Positions 35,065-49,200 of a stretch of 64,000 nt of DNA are shown in pieces. Source of the stretch: Hypanus sabinus (lineage: Eukaryota); contig NC_082710.1 in assembly GCF_030144855.1 (NCBI RefSeq), positions 184,822,001 to 184,886,000 on the forward strand. The letters run 5' to 3'. Both the position numbers and the translations under genes were made by a program. The notes beneath the pieces were generated by a model that was not told the DNA's origin, searched no databases, and worked only from the letters and a program-made list of their open reading frames with translations. The number at the start of each line of letters is the position of its first letter. Position 1 is the first letter of the stretch.

Positions 35065-36390
35065 ATGGCCTCGGACGACGTGGTGCGCTTCCACTTTCCC
35101 AACCACGAGGTGTCGATCCTGCAGCGGATGAACCAGCTGCGGATGGAGGAGCGGTTCTGCGACGTGACCATCGTGGCAGAGCGGCTGCGGTTCCCGGGGC
35201 ACCGGGTGGTCCTGGCTGCCTGCTCCCCGTTCCTGCGGGACCAATTCCACATGAACCCCTCCCGGGAGGTGGAGGTCTTCCCCATGACCGGAGCGCAGAC
35301 TGTGCAGCGCTTGCTGCTCTCCTGTTACACTGGCACGCTGGAGTTCCCCTTTGGCGACATCCTCGACTACCTGACAGCGGCCAGCTGCCTGCAGATGGAG
35401 CACGTGGTGGAGAAGTGCCGCCAGTCCCTCTCGCCGCGGATCGGACCCCGCCTGCCGCCCGCACCGCCGGGCCCCAGCCCGGGTCTGGGAGGGGACGAGT
35501 CAGGCCCGGACCGGGACCGCGACCCAGACCAGGAGCGGCCGTGCACGCCGCAGATCGCCAGCTCCTCTGAGCGCGACGGGCCATGGGCCGAGGCGGGTGA
35601 GTCGGTGAAGCTGGAGCAGGAGCAGCAGCAGGAGCCACTGCCCAGGCCCAGGCCACGGCCCCGACCGCCTGCTGCCTCCTTTGGCCAGGCCGATGACCTG
35701 CGCATCCGCAAGGTGGAGTCGCTGGCCGACTGCATGGCGCCCGGGTCAGGAGAGGGCCCGGAGCCTGACCAGCGCATCCACTCAACAGTGGGCGGAGGAG
35801 GAGCAGGGAGCGGCAGCGGGAGCCACGACTACCCAGAGACTGGCGGCGCGCCCTACGACATGTCCGAGGTCCTCATCTCGGACGACTTCCCCGAGGAGGA
35901 CTACGAGAGCTCGGCCAGCGAGGACTGCCGCAGCGGCTTCTACAGGGGCCCCGAGGACCCAGCCTCACACCCGCTGCGGCCCGATGGCCCCGAGGGCCCC
36001 GGGGCCGAGCCCGTCCGCTGCTCCGAGTGCGCGGCTGTCTTCGAGCAGCGGGAGCACCTGGCCGCCCACATGGTGACACACCGGCTCTACATGTGCCTGC
36101 TCTGTGGCAAGGTCTTCAAGAAGAACGCGCGCTTGGCGCAGCACATCAACGTTCACACCGGCTTCAAGCCGTACTGCTGCGCCGTCTGCGGCCGCACTTT
36201 CACGCAGAAGCGCTCGCTAAAGGACCACATGAACGTGCACAACGGCGACGCGCCCCACTGCTGCAACTACTGTGACATGCGTTTCACCCACTACAGCACC
36301 CTGCGCGTCCACCTGCGCGACCAGCACGGCAAGACCACCACCCGTAACCTGGAGAACCGGCCGGCTGAGATCAGCATGGTGTTGCCTTAG
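35065..36390 (+). CDS. ZBTB12: Zinc finger and BTB domain-containing protein, ZBTB12-like (441 aa, single coding exon)
   Basis: gctATGg Kozak context; BTB domain [52 protein letters not shown]; four C2H2 fingers; tail QHGKTT..AEI as recalled for ZBTB12; GC3-rich codons. Gene is near-certain; orthology versus ZBTB26/ZBTB6 or paralogues is less so. Confidence 0.9.
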   Translation: MASDDVVRFHFPNHEVSILQRMNQLRMEERFCDVTIVAERLRFPGHRVVLAACSPFLRDQFHMNPSREVEVFPMTGAQTVQRLLLSCYTGTLEFPFGDILDYLTAASCLQMEHVVEKCRQSLSPRIGPRLPPAPPGPSPGLGGDESGPDRDRDPDQERPCTPQIASSSERDGPWAEAGESVKLEQEQQQEPLPRPRPRPRPPAASFGQADDLRIRKVESLADCMAPGSGEGPEPDQRIHSTVGGGGAGSGSGSHDYPETGGAPYDMSEVLISDDFPEEDYESSASEDCRSGFYRGPEDPASHPLRPDGPEGPGAEPVRCSECAAVFEQREHLAAHMVTHRLYMCLLCGKVFKKNARLAQHINVHTGFKPYCCAVCGRTFTQKRSLKDHMNVHNGDAPHCCNYCDMRFTHYSTLRVHLRDQHGKTTTRNLENRPAEISMVLP

Positions 36391-36559
36391 AGCTGAGCTC
36401 CCTCCCCCATCCAAAATCCCTCAGCCCCTTCCCAGCTTACAACCACTCCCTTCACCTCCCTCCTCACCCTGAACCCTCATACTCCTCCGTTAACCTTGTG
36501 CACACTCCATTAGCTTCACAACTGTACTGCTCACAGTTGACCCCTCCCCTACCCTTCTC

Positions 36560-36955
36560 CTGTGTCCTCCTCTTTCCCTCTTTTGCCTCAATGTACTTAA
36601 TCTCATTCCCACCCTCTAAGACCCCTCCTTCCTCGCCCATTCTTTACCCTCTCCCTGCCTCCTTCCCTCACCCTCTCCCCTGCTCCCTTCCCTCACCCTC
36701 TCCCCGCCCCTTCCCTTACCCTTCCCTTACCCTCTCCCTTCCCCCTTCCCTCACCCTCTCCCCACCCACTTCCCTCACCCTCTCCCTGCACCCTTCCCTC
36801 ACCCTCTTTCCCGCACCCTCTCCCGGCCCCCTTTCTCACACTTCCCTCACCCTCTCCTCGTCACTTACCTCACCGACTCCCCGCCTCCGTCCCTGACCCT
36901 CTCCCCCACCCCCTTCCCTCAACCTCTCCCACCACTCATCCCCTAACCCTCTCCT
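36560..36955 (+). repeat. Pyrimidine-rich low-complexity repeat in the 3'UTR
   Basis: Repeated ccttccctcaccctctccc motif. Confidence 0.8.
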
Positions 36956-37259
36956 GATGGCCGTCGTTTGGATTCTGTACTCTGTTGGCCTGGCTGGAGG
37001 TGGGGCTCCGGTTGTTATTTTGGTCTGCCGATGGGCAGGATTTGCATCGATCTGTAATCTATATTTTTATTCTTAGAGAAAAAGAAATAATAATTTGAGA
37101 TTTTAAATGGAAGGTTTCTGACCAGCATTATTTAAAAACTCTTTGCAGTAAGGGCAATTTGCTTGGGGGAGTGTGCTTTTTTGGGGAGGTCTAGTGCTCT
37201 GTTTGGAGGGATTGTGTTTTATTTGGGCTGGGTGTTTTATCAGACAGAGGATATTTTAT

Positions 37260-40200
37260 TAGGGGGAGGGTGTTCCATTGGGGGAGGGTGTTTGTTTTAT
37301 TTGGACAGAAGGTGTTCTATTGGGGGAGGGTGTTTGTTTTATTTGGACAGAAGGTGTTCTATTGGGGGAGGGTGTTTGTTTTATATGGACAGAAGGTGTT
37401 CTATTGGGGGAGGGTGTTTGTTTTATTTGGACAGAAGGTGTTCTATTGGGGGAGGGTGTTTGTTTTATTTGGACAGAAGGTGTTCTATTGGGGGAGGGTG
37501 TTTGTTTTATATGGACAGAAGGTGTTCTATTGGGGGAGGGTGTTTGTTTTATTTGGACAGAAGGTGTTCTATTGGGGGAGGGTGTTTGTTTTATTTGGAC
37601 AGAAGGTGTTCTATTGGGGGAGGGTGTTTGTTTTATATGGACAGAAGTTGTTCTATTGGGGGAGGGTGTTTGTTTTATATGGACAGAAGGTGTTCTATTG
37701 GGGGAGGGTGTTTGTTTTATTTGGACAGAAGGTGTTCTATTGGGGGAGTGTCTTTATTTTATTTGGACGGAAGGTGTTCTATTCGGGGAGGGTGTTTGTT
37801 TTATTTGGACAGGTGTTCTATTGGGGGAGGGTGTTTGTTTTATTTGCACAGAAGGTGTTCTATTGGGGGAGTGTGTTTGTTTTATTTGGACAGAAGGTGT
37901 TCTATTGGGGGAGGGTGTTTGTTTTATTTGGACGGAAGGTGTTCTATTGGGGGAGGGTGTTTGTTTTATTTGGACGGAAGGTGTTCTATTGGGGGAGGGT
38001 GTTTGTTTTATTTGGACAGAAGGTGTTTTATTGGGGAATGGTGTTTGTTTTATTTGGACAGAAGGTGTTCTATTGGGGGGAGGGTGTTTGTTTTATTTGG
38101 ACAGAAGGTGTTCTATTGGGGATTGGTGTTTGTTTTATTTGGACAGAAGGTGTTCTATTGGGGGAGGGTGTTTGTTTTATTTGGACAGAAGGTGTTCTAT
38201 TGGGGAATGGTGTTTGTTTTATTTGGACAGAAGGTGTTCTATTGGGGAATGGTGCTTGTTTTATTTGGACAGAAGGTGTTCTATTGGGGAATGGTGTTTG
38301 TTTTATTTGGACAGAAGGTGTTCTATTGGGGAATGGTGTTTGTTTTATTTGGACAGAAGGTGTTCTATTGGGGAATGGTGTTTGTTTTATTTGGACAGAA
38401 GGTGTTCTCTTGGGGAATGGTGTTTGTTTTATTTGGACAGAAGGTGTTCTATTGGGGAATGGTGTTTGTTTTATTTGGACAGAAGGGGTTCTATTGGGGG
38501 AGGGTGTTTGTTTTATTTGGACAGAAGATGTTCTATTGGGGAATGGTGTTTGTTTTATTTGGACAGAAGGTGTTCTATTGGGGGAGGGTGTTTGTTTTAT
38601 TTGGACAGAAGGTGTTCTATTGGGGGGAGGGTGTTTGTTTTATTTGGACAGAAGGTGTTCTATTGGGGAATGGTGTTTGTTTTATTTGGACAGAAGGTGT
38701 TCTATTGGGGGAGGGTGTTTGTTTTATTTGGACAGAAGGTGTTCTATTGGGGGAGTGTCTTTATTTTATTTGGACAGAAGGTGTTCTATTGGGGGAGGGT
38801 GTTTGTTTTATTTGGACAGAAGGTGTTCTATTGGGGGAGTGTCTTTATTTTATTTGGACGGAAGGTGTTCTATTGGGGGAGGGTGTTTGTTTTATTTGGA
38901 CAGAAGGTGTTCTATTGGGGGAGGGTGTTTGTTTTATTTGGACAGAAGGTGTTCTATTGGGGGAGTGTCTTTATTTTATTTGGACAGAAGGTGTTCTATT
39001 GGGGGAGGGTGTTTATTTTATTTGGACAGAAGGTGTTCTATTGGGGGAGGGTGTTTGTTTTATTTGGACAGAAGGTGTTATATTGGGGGAGGGTGTTTAT
39101 TTTATTTGGACAGAAGGTGTTCTATTGGGGGAGGGTGTTTGTTTTATTTGGACAGAAGGTGTTCTATTGGGGGAGGGTGTTTGTTTTATTTGGGCAGAAG
39201 GTGTTCTATTGGGGGAGTGTCTTTATTTTATTTGGACAGAAGGTGTTCTATTGGGGGAGGGTGTTTCTTTTATTTGGACAGAAGGTGTTCTATTGGGGGA
39301 GGGTGTTTATTTTATTTGGACAGAAGGTGTTCTATTGGGGGAGGGTGTTTGTTTTATTTGGACAGAAGGTGTTCTATTGGGGGAGTGTGTTTATTTTATT
39401 TGGACAGAAGGTGTTCTATTGGGGGAGGGTGTTTGTTTTATTTGGGCAGAAGGTGTTCTATTGGGGGAGTGTGTTTGTTTTATTTGGACAGAAGGTGTTC
39501 TATTGGGGGAGTGTCTTTATTTTATTTGGACAGAAGGTGTTCTATTGGGGGAGGGTGTTTATTTTATTTGGACAGAAGGTGTTCTATTGGGGGAGGGTGT
39601 TTGTTTTATTTGGACAGAAGGTGTTCTATTGGGGGAGGGTGTTTGTTTTATTTGGGCAGAAGGTGTTCTATTGGGGGAGTGTCTTTATTTTATTTGGACG
39701 GAAGGTGTTCTATTGGGGGAGGGTGTTTGTTTTATTTGGACGGAAGGTGTTCTATTGGGGGGAGGGTGTTTGTTTTATTTGGACGGAAGGTGTTCTATTG
39801 GGGGAGGGTGTTTGTTTTATTTGGACGGAAGGTGTTCTATTGGGGGAGGGTGTTTGTTTTATTTGGACAGAAGGTGTTCGATTGGGGGAGGGTGTTTGTT
39901 TTATTTGGACAGAAGGTGTTCTATTGGGGGAGGGTGTTTGTTTTATTTGGGCAGAAGGTGTTCTATTGGGGGGAGGGTGTTTGTTTTATTTGGGCAGAAG
40001 GTGTTGTGTTGGGGGGAGGGTGTTTGTTTTATATGGACAGAAGGTGTTCTATTGGGGGAGGGAGTTTGTTTTATTTGGACGGAAGGTGTTCTATTGGGGC
40101 GGGTGTTTGTTTTATTTGGACGGAAGGTGTTCTATTGGGGGGAGGGTGTTTGTTTTATTTGGACAGAAGGTGTTCTATTGGGGGAGGGTGTTTGTTTTAT

Positions 40201-43200
40201 TTGGGCAGAAGGTGTTGTGTTGGGGGGAGGGTTGTTTTATTTGGGCAGAAGGTGTTCTATTGTGGGGAGGGTGTTTGTTTTATTTGGACAGAAGGTGTTC
40301 TATTGGGGGAGTGTCTTTATTTTATTTTGGACAGAAGGTGTTCTATTGGGGGAGGGTGTTTGTTTTATTTGGACAGAAGGTATTCTATTGGGGGAGGGTG
40401 TTTGTTTTATTTGGACGGAAGGTGTTCTATTGGGGGAGGGTGTTTGTTTTATTTGGACAGAAGTTGTTCCATTGGGGGAGGGTGTTTGTTTTATTTGGAC
40501 GGAAGGTGTTCTATTGGGGGAGGGTGTTTGTTTTATTTGGACGGAAGGTGTTCTATTGGGGGAGGGTATTGGTTTTATTTGGACAGAAGGTGTTCTATTG
40601 GGGGGAGGGTGTTTGTTTTATTTGGACAGAAGGTGTTCTATTGGGGGAGGGTGTTTGTTTTATTTGGACGGAAGGTGTTCTATTGGGGGGAGGGTGTTTG
40701 TTTTATTTGGACAGAAGTTGTTCTATTGGGGGAGGGTGTTTGTTTTATTTGGACGGAAGGTGATCTATTGGGGGAGGGTGTTTGTTTTATTTGGACGGAA
40801 GGTGTTCTATTGGGGGAGGGTGTTTGTTTTATTTGGACAGAAGTTGTTCTATTGGGGGGAGGGTGTTTGTTTTATTTGGACGGAAGGTGTTCTATTGGGG
40901 GGAGGGTGTTTGTTTTATTTGGACAGAAGGTGTTCTATTGGGGGGAGGGTGTTTGTTTTATTTGGACAGAAGGTGTTCTATTGGGGGAGGGTGTTTGTTG
41001 TATTTGGGCAGAAGGTGTTCTATTCGGGGAGGGTGTTTGTTTTATTTGGACAGAAGGTGTTTTATTGGGGGAGGGTGTTTGTTTTATTTGGGCAGAAGGT
41101 GTTCTATTCGGGGAGGGTGTTTGTTTTATTTGGACAGAAGGTGTTCTATTGGGGGGTGATGTTTGTTTTATTTGGACAGAAGGTGTTCTATTGGGGGGTG
41201 GTGTTTGTTTTATTTGGACAGAAGGTGTTCTATAGGAGGCAGTGTGTTTGTTTTATTTGGACAGAAGGTGTTCTATAGGAGGCTGTGTGTTTGTTTTATT
41301 TGGACAGAAGGTGTTCTATTGGGGGAGGGTGTTTGTTTTATTTGGACGGAAGATGTTCTATTGGGGGAGGGTGTTTGTTTTATTTGGACAGAAGGTGTTC
41401 TATTGGGGAAGGGTGTTTGTTTTATTTGGACGGAAGGTGTTCTATTGGGGGAGGGTGTTTGTTTTATTTGGACAGAAGATGTTCTCTTGGGGGAGGGTGT
41501 TTGTTTTATTTGGACTTAAGGTGTTCTATTGGGGGAGGGTGTTTGTTTTATTTGGACAGAAGGTGTTCTATTGGGGGGAGGGTGTTTGTTTTATTTGGAC
41601 GGAAGGTGTTCTATTGGGGGAGTGTGTTTGTTTTATTTGGACAGAAGGTGTTCTATTGGGGAATGGTGTTTGTTTTATTTGGACAGAAGGTGTTCTATTT
41701 GGGGAGGGTGTTTGTTTTATTTGGACAGAAGGTGTTCTATTGGGGGGAGGGAGTTTGTTTTATTTGGGCAGAAGGTGTTCTATTGGGGGAGTGTCTTTAT
41801 TTTATTTGGACAGAAGGTGTTCTATTGGGGGAGGGTGTTTGTTTTATTTGGACAGAAGGTGTTCTATTGGGGGAGGGTGTTTGTTTTATTTGGACAGAAG
41901 TTGTTCTATTGGGGGGAGGGTGTTTGTTTTATTTGGACGGAAGGTGTTCTATTGGGGGGAGGGTGTTTGTTTTATTTGGACAGAAGGTGTTCTATTGGGG
42001 GGAGGGTGTTTGTTTTATTTGGACAGAAGGTGTTCTATTGGGGGAGGGTGTTTGTTGTATTTGGGCAGAAGGTGTTCTATTCGGGGAGGGTGTTTGTTTT
42101 ATTTGGACAGAAGGTGTTTTATTGGGGGAGGGTGTTTGTTTTATTTGGGCAGAAGGTGTTCTATTCGGGGAGGGTGTTTGTTTTATTTGGACAGAAGGTG
42201 TTCTATTGGGGGGTGATGTTTGTTTTATTTGGACAGAAGGTGTTCTATTGGGGGGTGGTGTTTGTTTTATTTGGACAGAAGGTGTTCTATAGGAGGCAGT
42301 GTGTTTGTTTTATTTGGACAGAAGGTGTTCTATTGGGGGAGGGTGTTTGTTTTATTTGGACGGAAGGTGTTTTATTGGGGGGAGGGTGTTTGTTTTATTT
42401 GGACGGAAGGTGTTCTATTGGGGGAGGGTGTTTGTTTTATTTGGACGGAAGATGTTCTATTGGGGGAGGGTGTTTGTTTTATTTGGACAGAAGGTGTTCT
42501 ATTGGGGAAGGGTGTTTGTTTTATTTGGACGGAAGGTGTTCTATTGGGGGAGGGTGTTTGTTTTATTTGGACAGAAGATGTTCTCTTGGGGGAGGGTGTT
42601 TGTTTTATTTGGACTTAAGGTGTTCTATTGGGGGAGGGTGTTTGTTTTATTTGGACAGAAGGTGTTCTATTGGGGGGAGGGTGTTTGTTTTATTTGGACG
42701 GAAGGTGTTCTATTGGGGGAGTGTGTTTGTTTTATTTGGACAGAAGGTGTTCTATTGGGGAATGGTGTTTGTTTTATTTGGACAGAAGGTGTTCTATTGG
42801 GGGAGGGTGTTTGTTTTATTTGGGCAGAAGGTGTTCTATTCGGGGAGGGTGTTTGTTTTATTTGGACAGAAGGTGTTCTATTCGGGGGTGATGTTTGTTT
42901 TATTTGGACAGAAGGTGTTCTATTGGGGGGTGGTGTTTGTTTTATTTGGACAGAAGGTGTTCTATAGGAGGCAGTGTGTTTGTTTTATTTGGACAGAAGG
43001 TGTTCTATAGGAGGCTGTGTGTTTGTTTTATTTGGACAGAAGGTGTTCTATTGGGGGAGGGTGTTTGTTTTATTTGGACGGAAGATGTTCTATTGGGGGA
43101 GGGTGTTTGTTTTATTTGGACAGAAGGTGTTCTATTGGGGAAGGGTGTTTGTTTTATTTGGACGGAAGGTGTTCTATTGGGGGAGGGTGTTTGTTTTATT

Positions 43201-46200
43201 TGGACAGAAGATGTTCTCTTGGGGGAGGGTGTTTGTTTTATTTGGACTTAAGGTGTTCTATTGGGGGAGGGTGTTTGTTTTATTTGGACAGAAGGTGTTC
43301 TATTGGGGGGAGGGTGTTTGTTTTATTTGGACGGAAGGTGTTCTATTGGGGGAGTGTGTTTGTTTTATTTGGACAGAAGGTGTTCTATTGGGGAATGGTG
43401 TTTGTTTTATTTGGACAGAAGGTGTTCTATTTGGGGAGGGTGTTTGTTTTATTTGGACAGAAGGTGTTCTATTGGGGGGAGGGAGTTTGTTTTATTTGGG
43501 CAGAAGGTGTTCTATTGGGGGAGTGTCTTTATTTTATTTGGACAGAAGGTGTTCTATTGGGGGAGGGTGTTTGTTTTATTTGGACAGAAGGTGTTCTATT
43601 GGGGGAGGGTGTTTGTTTTATTTGGACAGAAGTTGTTCTATTGGGGGGAGGGTGTTTGTTTTATTTGGACGGAAGGTGTTCTATTGGGGGGAGGGTGTTT
43701 GTTTTATTTGGACAGAAGGTGTTCTGTTGGGGGGAGGGTGTTTGTTTTATTTGGACAGAAGGTGTTCTATTGGGGGAGGGTGTTTGTTGTATTTGGGCAG
43801 AAGGTGTTCTATTCTGGGAGGGTGTTTGTTTTATTTGGACAGAAGGTGTTTTATTGGGGGAGGGTGTTTGTTTTATTTGGGCAGAAGGTGTTCTATTCGG
43901 GGAGGGTGTTTGTTTTATTTGGACAGAAGGTGTTCTATTGGGGGGTGATGTTTGTTTTATTTGGACAGAAGGTGTTCTATTGGGGGGTGGTGTTTGTTTT
44001 ATTTGGACAGAAGGTGTTCTATAGGAGGCAGTGTGTTTGTTTTATTTGGACAGAAGGTGTTCTATTGGGGGAGGGTGTTTGTTTTATTTGGACGGAAGGT
44101 GTTTTATTGGGGGGAGGGTGTTTGTTTTATTTGGACGGAAGGTGTTCTATTGGGGGAGGGTGTTTGTTTTATTTGGACGGAAGATGTTCTATTGGGGGAG
44201 GGTGTTTGTTTTATTTGGACAGAAGGTGTTCTATTGGGGAAGGGTGTTTGTTTTATTTGGACGGAAGGTGTTCTATTGGGGGAGGGTGTTTGTTTTATTT
44301 GGACAGAAGATGTTCTCTTGGGGGAGGGTGTTTGTTTTATTTGGACTTAAGGTGTTCTATTGGGGGAGGGTGTTTGTTTTATTTGGACAGAAGGTGTTCT
44401 ATTGGGGGGAGGGTGTTTGTTTTATTTGGACGGAAGGTGTTCTATTGGGGGAGTGTGTTTGTTTTATTTGGACAGAAGGTGTTCTATTGGGGAATGGTGT
44501 TTGTTTTATTTGGACAGAAGGTGTTCTATTGGGGGAGGGTGTTTGTTTTATTTGGACAGAAGGTGTTCTATTGGGGGGAGGGAGTTTGTTTTATTTGGGC
44601 AGAAGGTGTTCTATTGGGGGAGTGTCTTTATTTTATTTGGACAGAAGGTGTTCTATTGGGGGAGGGTGTTTGTTTTATTTGGACAGAAGGTGTTCTATTG
44701 GGGGAGGGTGTTTGTTTTATTTGGACAGAAGGTGTTTTATTGGGGGAGGGGGTTTGTTTTATTTGGGCAGAAGGTGTTCTATTGGGGGGGAGGGTGTTTG
44801 TTTTATTTGGGCAGAAGGTGTTGTGTTCGGGGGAGGGTGTTTGTTTTATTTGGACAGAAGGTGTTCTATTGGGGGAGGGTGTTTGTTTTATTTGGGCAGA
44901 AGGTGTTGTGTTGGGGGGAGGGTGTTTGTTTTATTTGGGCAGAAGGTGTTCTATTGGGGGGAGAGTGTTTGTTTTATTTGGACAGAAGGTGTTCTATTGG
45001 GGGAGGGTGTTTGTTTTATTTGGACGGAAGGTGTTCTATTGGGGGAGGGTGTTTGTTTTATTTGGACGGAAGGTGTTCTATTGGGCGAGGGTGTTTGTTT
45101 TATTTGGACGGAAGGTGTTCTATTGGGGGAGGGTGTTTGTTTTATTTGGACAGAAGGTGTTCTATTGGGGGGAGGGTGTTTGTTTTATTTGGACAGAAGG
45201 TGTTCTATTGGGGGAGGGTGTTTGTTTTATTTGGACGGAAGGTGTTCTTTTGGGGGGAGGGTGTTTGTTTTATTTGGACAGAAGTTGTTCTATTGGGGGA
45301 GGGTGTTTGTTTTATTTGGACGGAAGGTGTTCTATTGGGGGAGGGTGTTTGTTTTATTTGGACGGAAGGTGTTCTATTGGGGGAGGGTGTTTGTTTTATT
45401 TGGACAGAAGTTGTTCTATTGGGGGGAGGGTGTTTGTTTTATTTGGACGGAAGGTGTTCTATTGGGGGAGGGTGTTTGTTTTATTTGGACAGAAGGTGTT
45501 CTATTGGGGGGAGGGTGTTTGTTTTATTTGGACAGAAGGTGTTCTATTGGGGGAGGGTGTTTGTTTTATTTGGGCAGAAGGTGTTCTATTCGGGGAGGGT
45601 GTTTGTTTTATTTGGACAGAAGGTGTTCTATTGGGGGGTGGTGTTTGTTTTATTTGGACAGAAGGTGTTCTATTGGGGCGGGTGTTTGTTTTATTTGGAC
45701 AGAAGGTGTTCTATAGGAGGCTGTGTGTTTGTTTTATTTGGACAGAAGGTGTTCTATTGGGGGAGGGTGTTTGTTTTATTTGGACGGAAGGTGTTCTATT
45801 GGGGGGAGGGTGTTTGTTTTATTTGGACGGAAGGTGTTCTATTGGGGGAGGGTGTTTGTTTTATTTGGACGGAAGATGTTCTATTGGGGGAGGGTGTTTG
45901 TTTTATTTGGACGGAAGGTGTTCTATTGGGGGAGGGTGTTTGTTTTATTTGGACGGAAGGTGTTCTATTGGGGGAGGGTGTTTGTTTTATTTGGACGGAA
46001 GGTGTTCTATTGGGGGAGGGTGTTTGTTTTATTTGGACGGAAGGTGTTCTATTGGGGGAGGGTGTTTGTTTTATTTGGACAGAAGATGTTCTCTTGGGGG
46101 AGGGTGTTTGTTTTATTTGGACTTAAGGTGTTCTATTGGGGGAGGGTGTTTGTTTTATTTGGACAGAAGGTGTTCTTATTGGGGGGAGGGTGTTTGTTTT

Positions 46201-49200
46201 ATTTGGACGGAAGGTGTTCTATTGGGGGAGTGTGTTTGTTTTATTTGGACAGAAGGTGTTCTATTGGGGAATGGTGTTTGTTTTATTTGGACAGAAGGTG
46301 TTCTATTGGGGGAGGGTGTTTGTTTTATTTGGACAGAAGGTGTTCTATTGGGGGGAGGGAGTTTGTTTTATTTGGGCAGAAGGTGTTCTATTGGGGAGTG
46401 TCTTTATTTTATTTGGACAGAAGGTGTTCTATTGGGGGAGGGTGTTTGTTTTATTTGGACAGAAGGTGTTCTATTGGGGGAGGGTGTTTGTTTTATTTGG
46501 ACGGAAGGTGTTCTATTGGGGGAGGGTGTTTGTTTTATTTGGACCGAAGGTGTTCTATTGGGGGGAGGGTGTTTGTTTTATTTGGACGGAAGGTGTTCTA
46601 TTGGGGGAGGGTGTTTGTTTTATTTCGACGGAAGGTGTTCTATTGGGGGAGGGTGTTTGTTTTATTTGGACAGAAGGTGTTCGATTGGGGGAGGGTGTTT
46701 GTTTTATTTGGACAGAAGGTGTTCTATTGGGGGAGGGTGTTTGTTTTATTTGGGCAGAAGGTGTTCTATTGGGGGAGGGTGTTTGTTTTATTTGGACAGA
46801 AGGTGTTCTATTGGGGGAGGGTGTTTGTTTTATTTGGACGGAAGGTGTTCTATTGGGGGAGGGTGTTTGTTTTATTTGGACGGAAGGTGTTCTATTGGGG
46901 GAGGGTGTTTGTTTTATTTGGACAGAAGGTGTTCTATTGGGGGGGAGGGTGTTTGTTTTATTTGGGCAGAAGGTGTTCTATTGGGGGAGGGTGATTGTTT
47001 TATTTGGACAGAAGGTGTTCTATTGGGGGGGAGGGTGTTTGTTTTATTTGCACAGAAGGTGTTCTATTGGGGGGAGGGTGTTTGTTTTATTTGGACGGAA
47101 GGTGTTCTATTGGGGGAGGGTGTTTGTTTTATTTGGACGGAAGGTGTTCTATTGGGGGAGGGTGTTTGTTTTATTTGGACGGAAGGTGTTCTATTGGGGG
47201 AGGGTGTTTGTTTTATTTGGACGGAAGGTGTTCTATTGGGGGAGGGTGATTGTTTTATTTGGACGGAAGGTGTTCTATTGGGGGAGTGTGTTTGTTTTAT
47301 TTGGACAGAAGGTGTTCTATTGGGGAATGGTGTTTGTTTTATTTGGACAGAAGGTGTTCTATTGGGGGAGGGTGTTTGTTTTATTTGGACAGAAAGTGTT
47401 CTATTGGGGGGAGGGAGTTTGTTTTATTTGGGCAGAAGGTGTTCTATTGGGGGAGTGTCTTTATTTTATTTGGACAGAAGGTGTTCTATTGGGGGAGGGT
47501 GTTTGTTTTATTTGGACAGAAGGTATTCTATTGGGGGAGGGTGTTTGTTTTATTTGGACGGAAGGTGTTCTATTGGGGGAGGGTGTTTGTTTTATTTGGA
47601 CAGAAGTTGTTCCATTGGGGGAGGGTGTTTGTTTTATTTGGACGGAAGGTGTTCTATTGGGGGAGGGTGTTTGTTTTATTTGGACGGAAGGTGTTCTATT
47701 GGGGGAGGGTGTTTGTTTTGTTTGGACAGAAGTTGTTCTATTGGGGGAGGGTGTTTGTTTTATTTGGACAGAAGGTGTTCTATTGGGGGAGGGTGTTTGT
47801 TTTATTTGGACGGAAGGTGTTCTATTGGGGGAGGGTGTTTGTTTTATTTGGACAGAAGTTGTTCTATTGGGGGAGGGTGTTTGTTTTATTTGGACAGAAG
47901 ATGTTCTATTGGGGGAGGGTGTTTGTTTTATTTGGACAGAAGTTGTTCTATTGGGGGAGGGTGTTTGTTTTATTTGGACAGAAGTTGTTCTATTGGGGGG
48001 AGGGTGTTTGTTTTATTTGGACAGAAGGTGTTCTATTGGGGGGTGGTGTTTCTTTTATTTGGACAGAAGGTGTTCTATAGGAGGCAGTGTGTTTGTTTTA
48101 TTTGGACAGAAGGTGTTCTATTGGGGCAGGGTGTTTGTTTTATTTGGACAGAAGGTGTTCTATTGGGGGGGAGGGTGTTTGTTTTATTTGGGCAGAAGGT
48201 GTTCTATTGGGGGAGGGTGATTGTTTTATTTGGACAGAAGGTGTTCTATTGGGGGGAGGGTGTTTGTTTTATTTGGACGGAAGGTGTTCTATTGGGGGAG
48301 GGTGTTTATTTTATTTGGACGGAAGGTGTTCTATTGGGGGAGGGTGTTTGTTTTATTTGGACGGAAGGTGTTCTATTGGGGGAGTGTGTTTGTTTTATTT
48401 GGACAGAAGGTGTTCTATTGGGGAATGGTGTTTGTTTTATTTGGACAGAAGGTGTTCTATTGGGGGAGGGTGTTTGTTTTATTTGGACAGAAAGTGTTCT
48501 ATTGGGGGGAGGGAGTTTGTTTTATTTGGGCAGAAGGTGTTCTATTGGGGGAGTGTCTTTATTTTATTTGGACAGAAGGTGTTCTATTGGGGGAGGGTGT
48601 TTGTTTTATTTGGACAGAAGGTATTCTATTGGGGGAGGGTGTTTGTTTTATTTGGACGGAAGGTGTTCTATTGGGGGAGGGTGTTTGTTTTATTTGGACA
48701 GAAGTTGTTCCATTGGGGGAGGGTGTTTGTTTTATTTGGACGGAAGGTGTTCTATTGGGGGAGGGTGTTTGTTTTATTTGGACGGAAGGTGTTCTATTGG
48801 GGGAGGGTGTTTGTTTTATTTGGACAGAAGGTGTTCTATTGGGGGAGGGTGTTTGTTTTATTTGGACAGAAGGTGTTCTATTGGGGGAGGGTGTTTGTTT
48901 TATTTGGACAGAAGTTGTTCTATTGGGGGAGGGTGTTTGTTTTATTTGGACAGAAGATGTTCTCTTGGGGGAGGGTGTTTGTTTTATTTGGACGGAAGGT
49001 GTTCTCTTGGGGGAGGGTGTTTGTTTTATTTGGACGGAAGGTGTTCTATTGGGGGAGGGTGTTTGTTTTATTTGGACGGAAGGTGTTCTATTGGGGGGAT
49101 GGTGTTTGTTTTATTTGGACAGAAGGTGTTCTATTGGGGGAGGGTGTTTGTTTTATTTGGACAGAAGGTGTTTTCTTGGGGGAGGGTGTTTGTTTTATTT

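Noticed and set aside
35007-36414. Alternative and antisense ORFs over the ZBTB exon, and the 35038 start
   Set aside because: GC3 shadows; 35038 is a TTG in the intronic pyrimidine tract, and the ATG is at 35065
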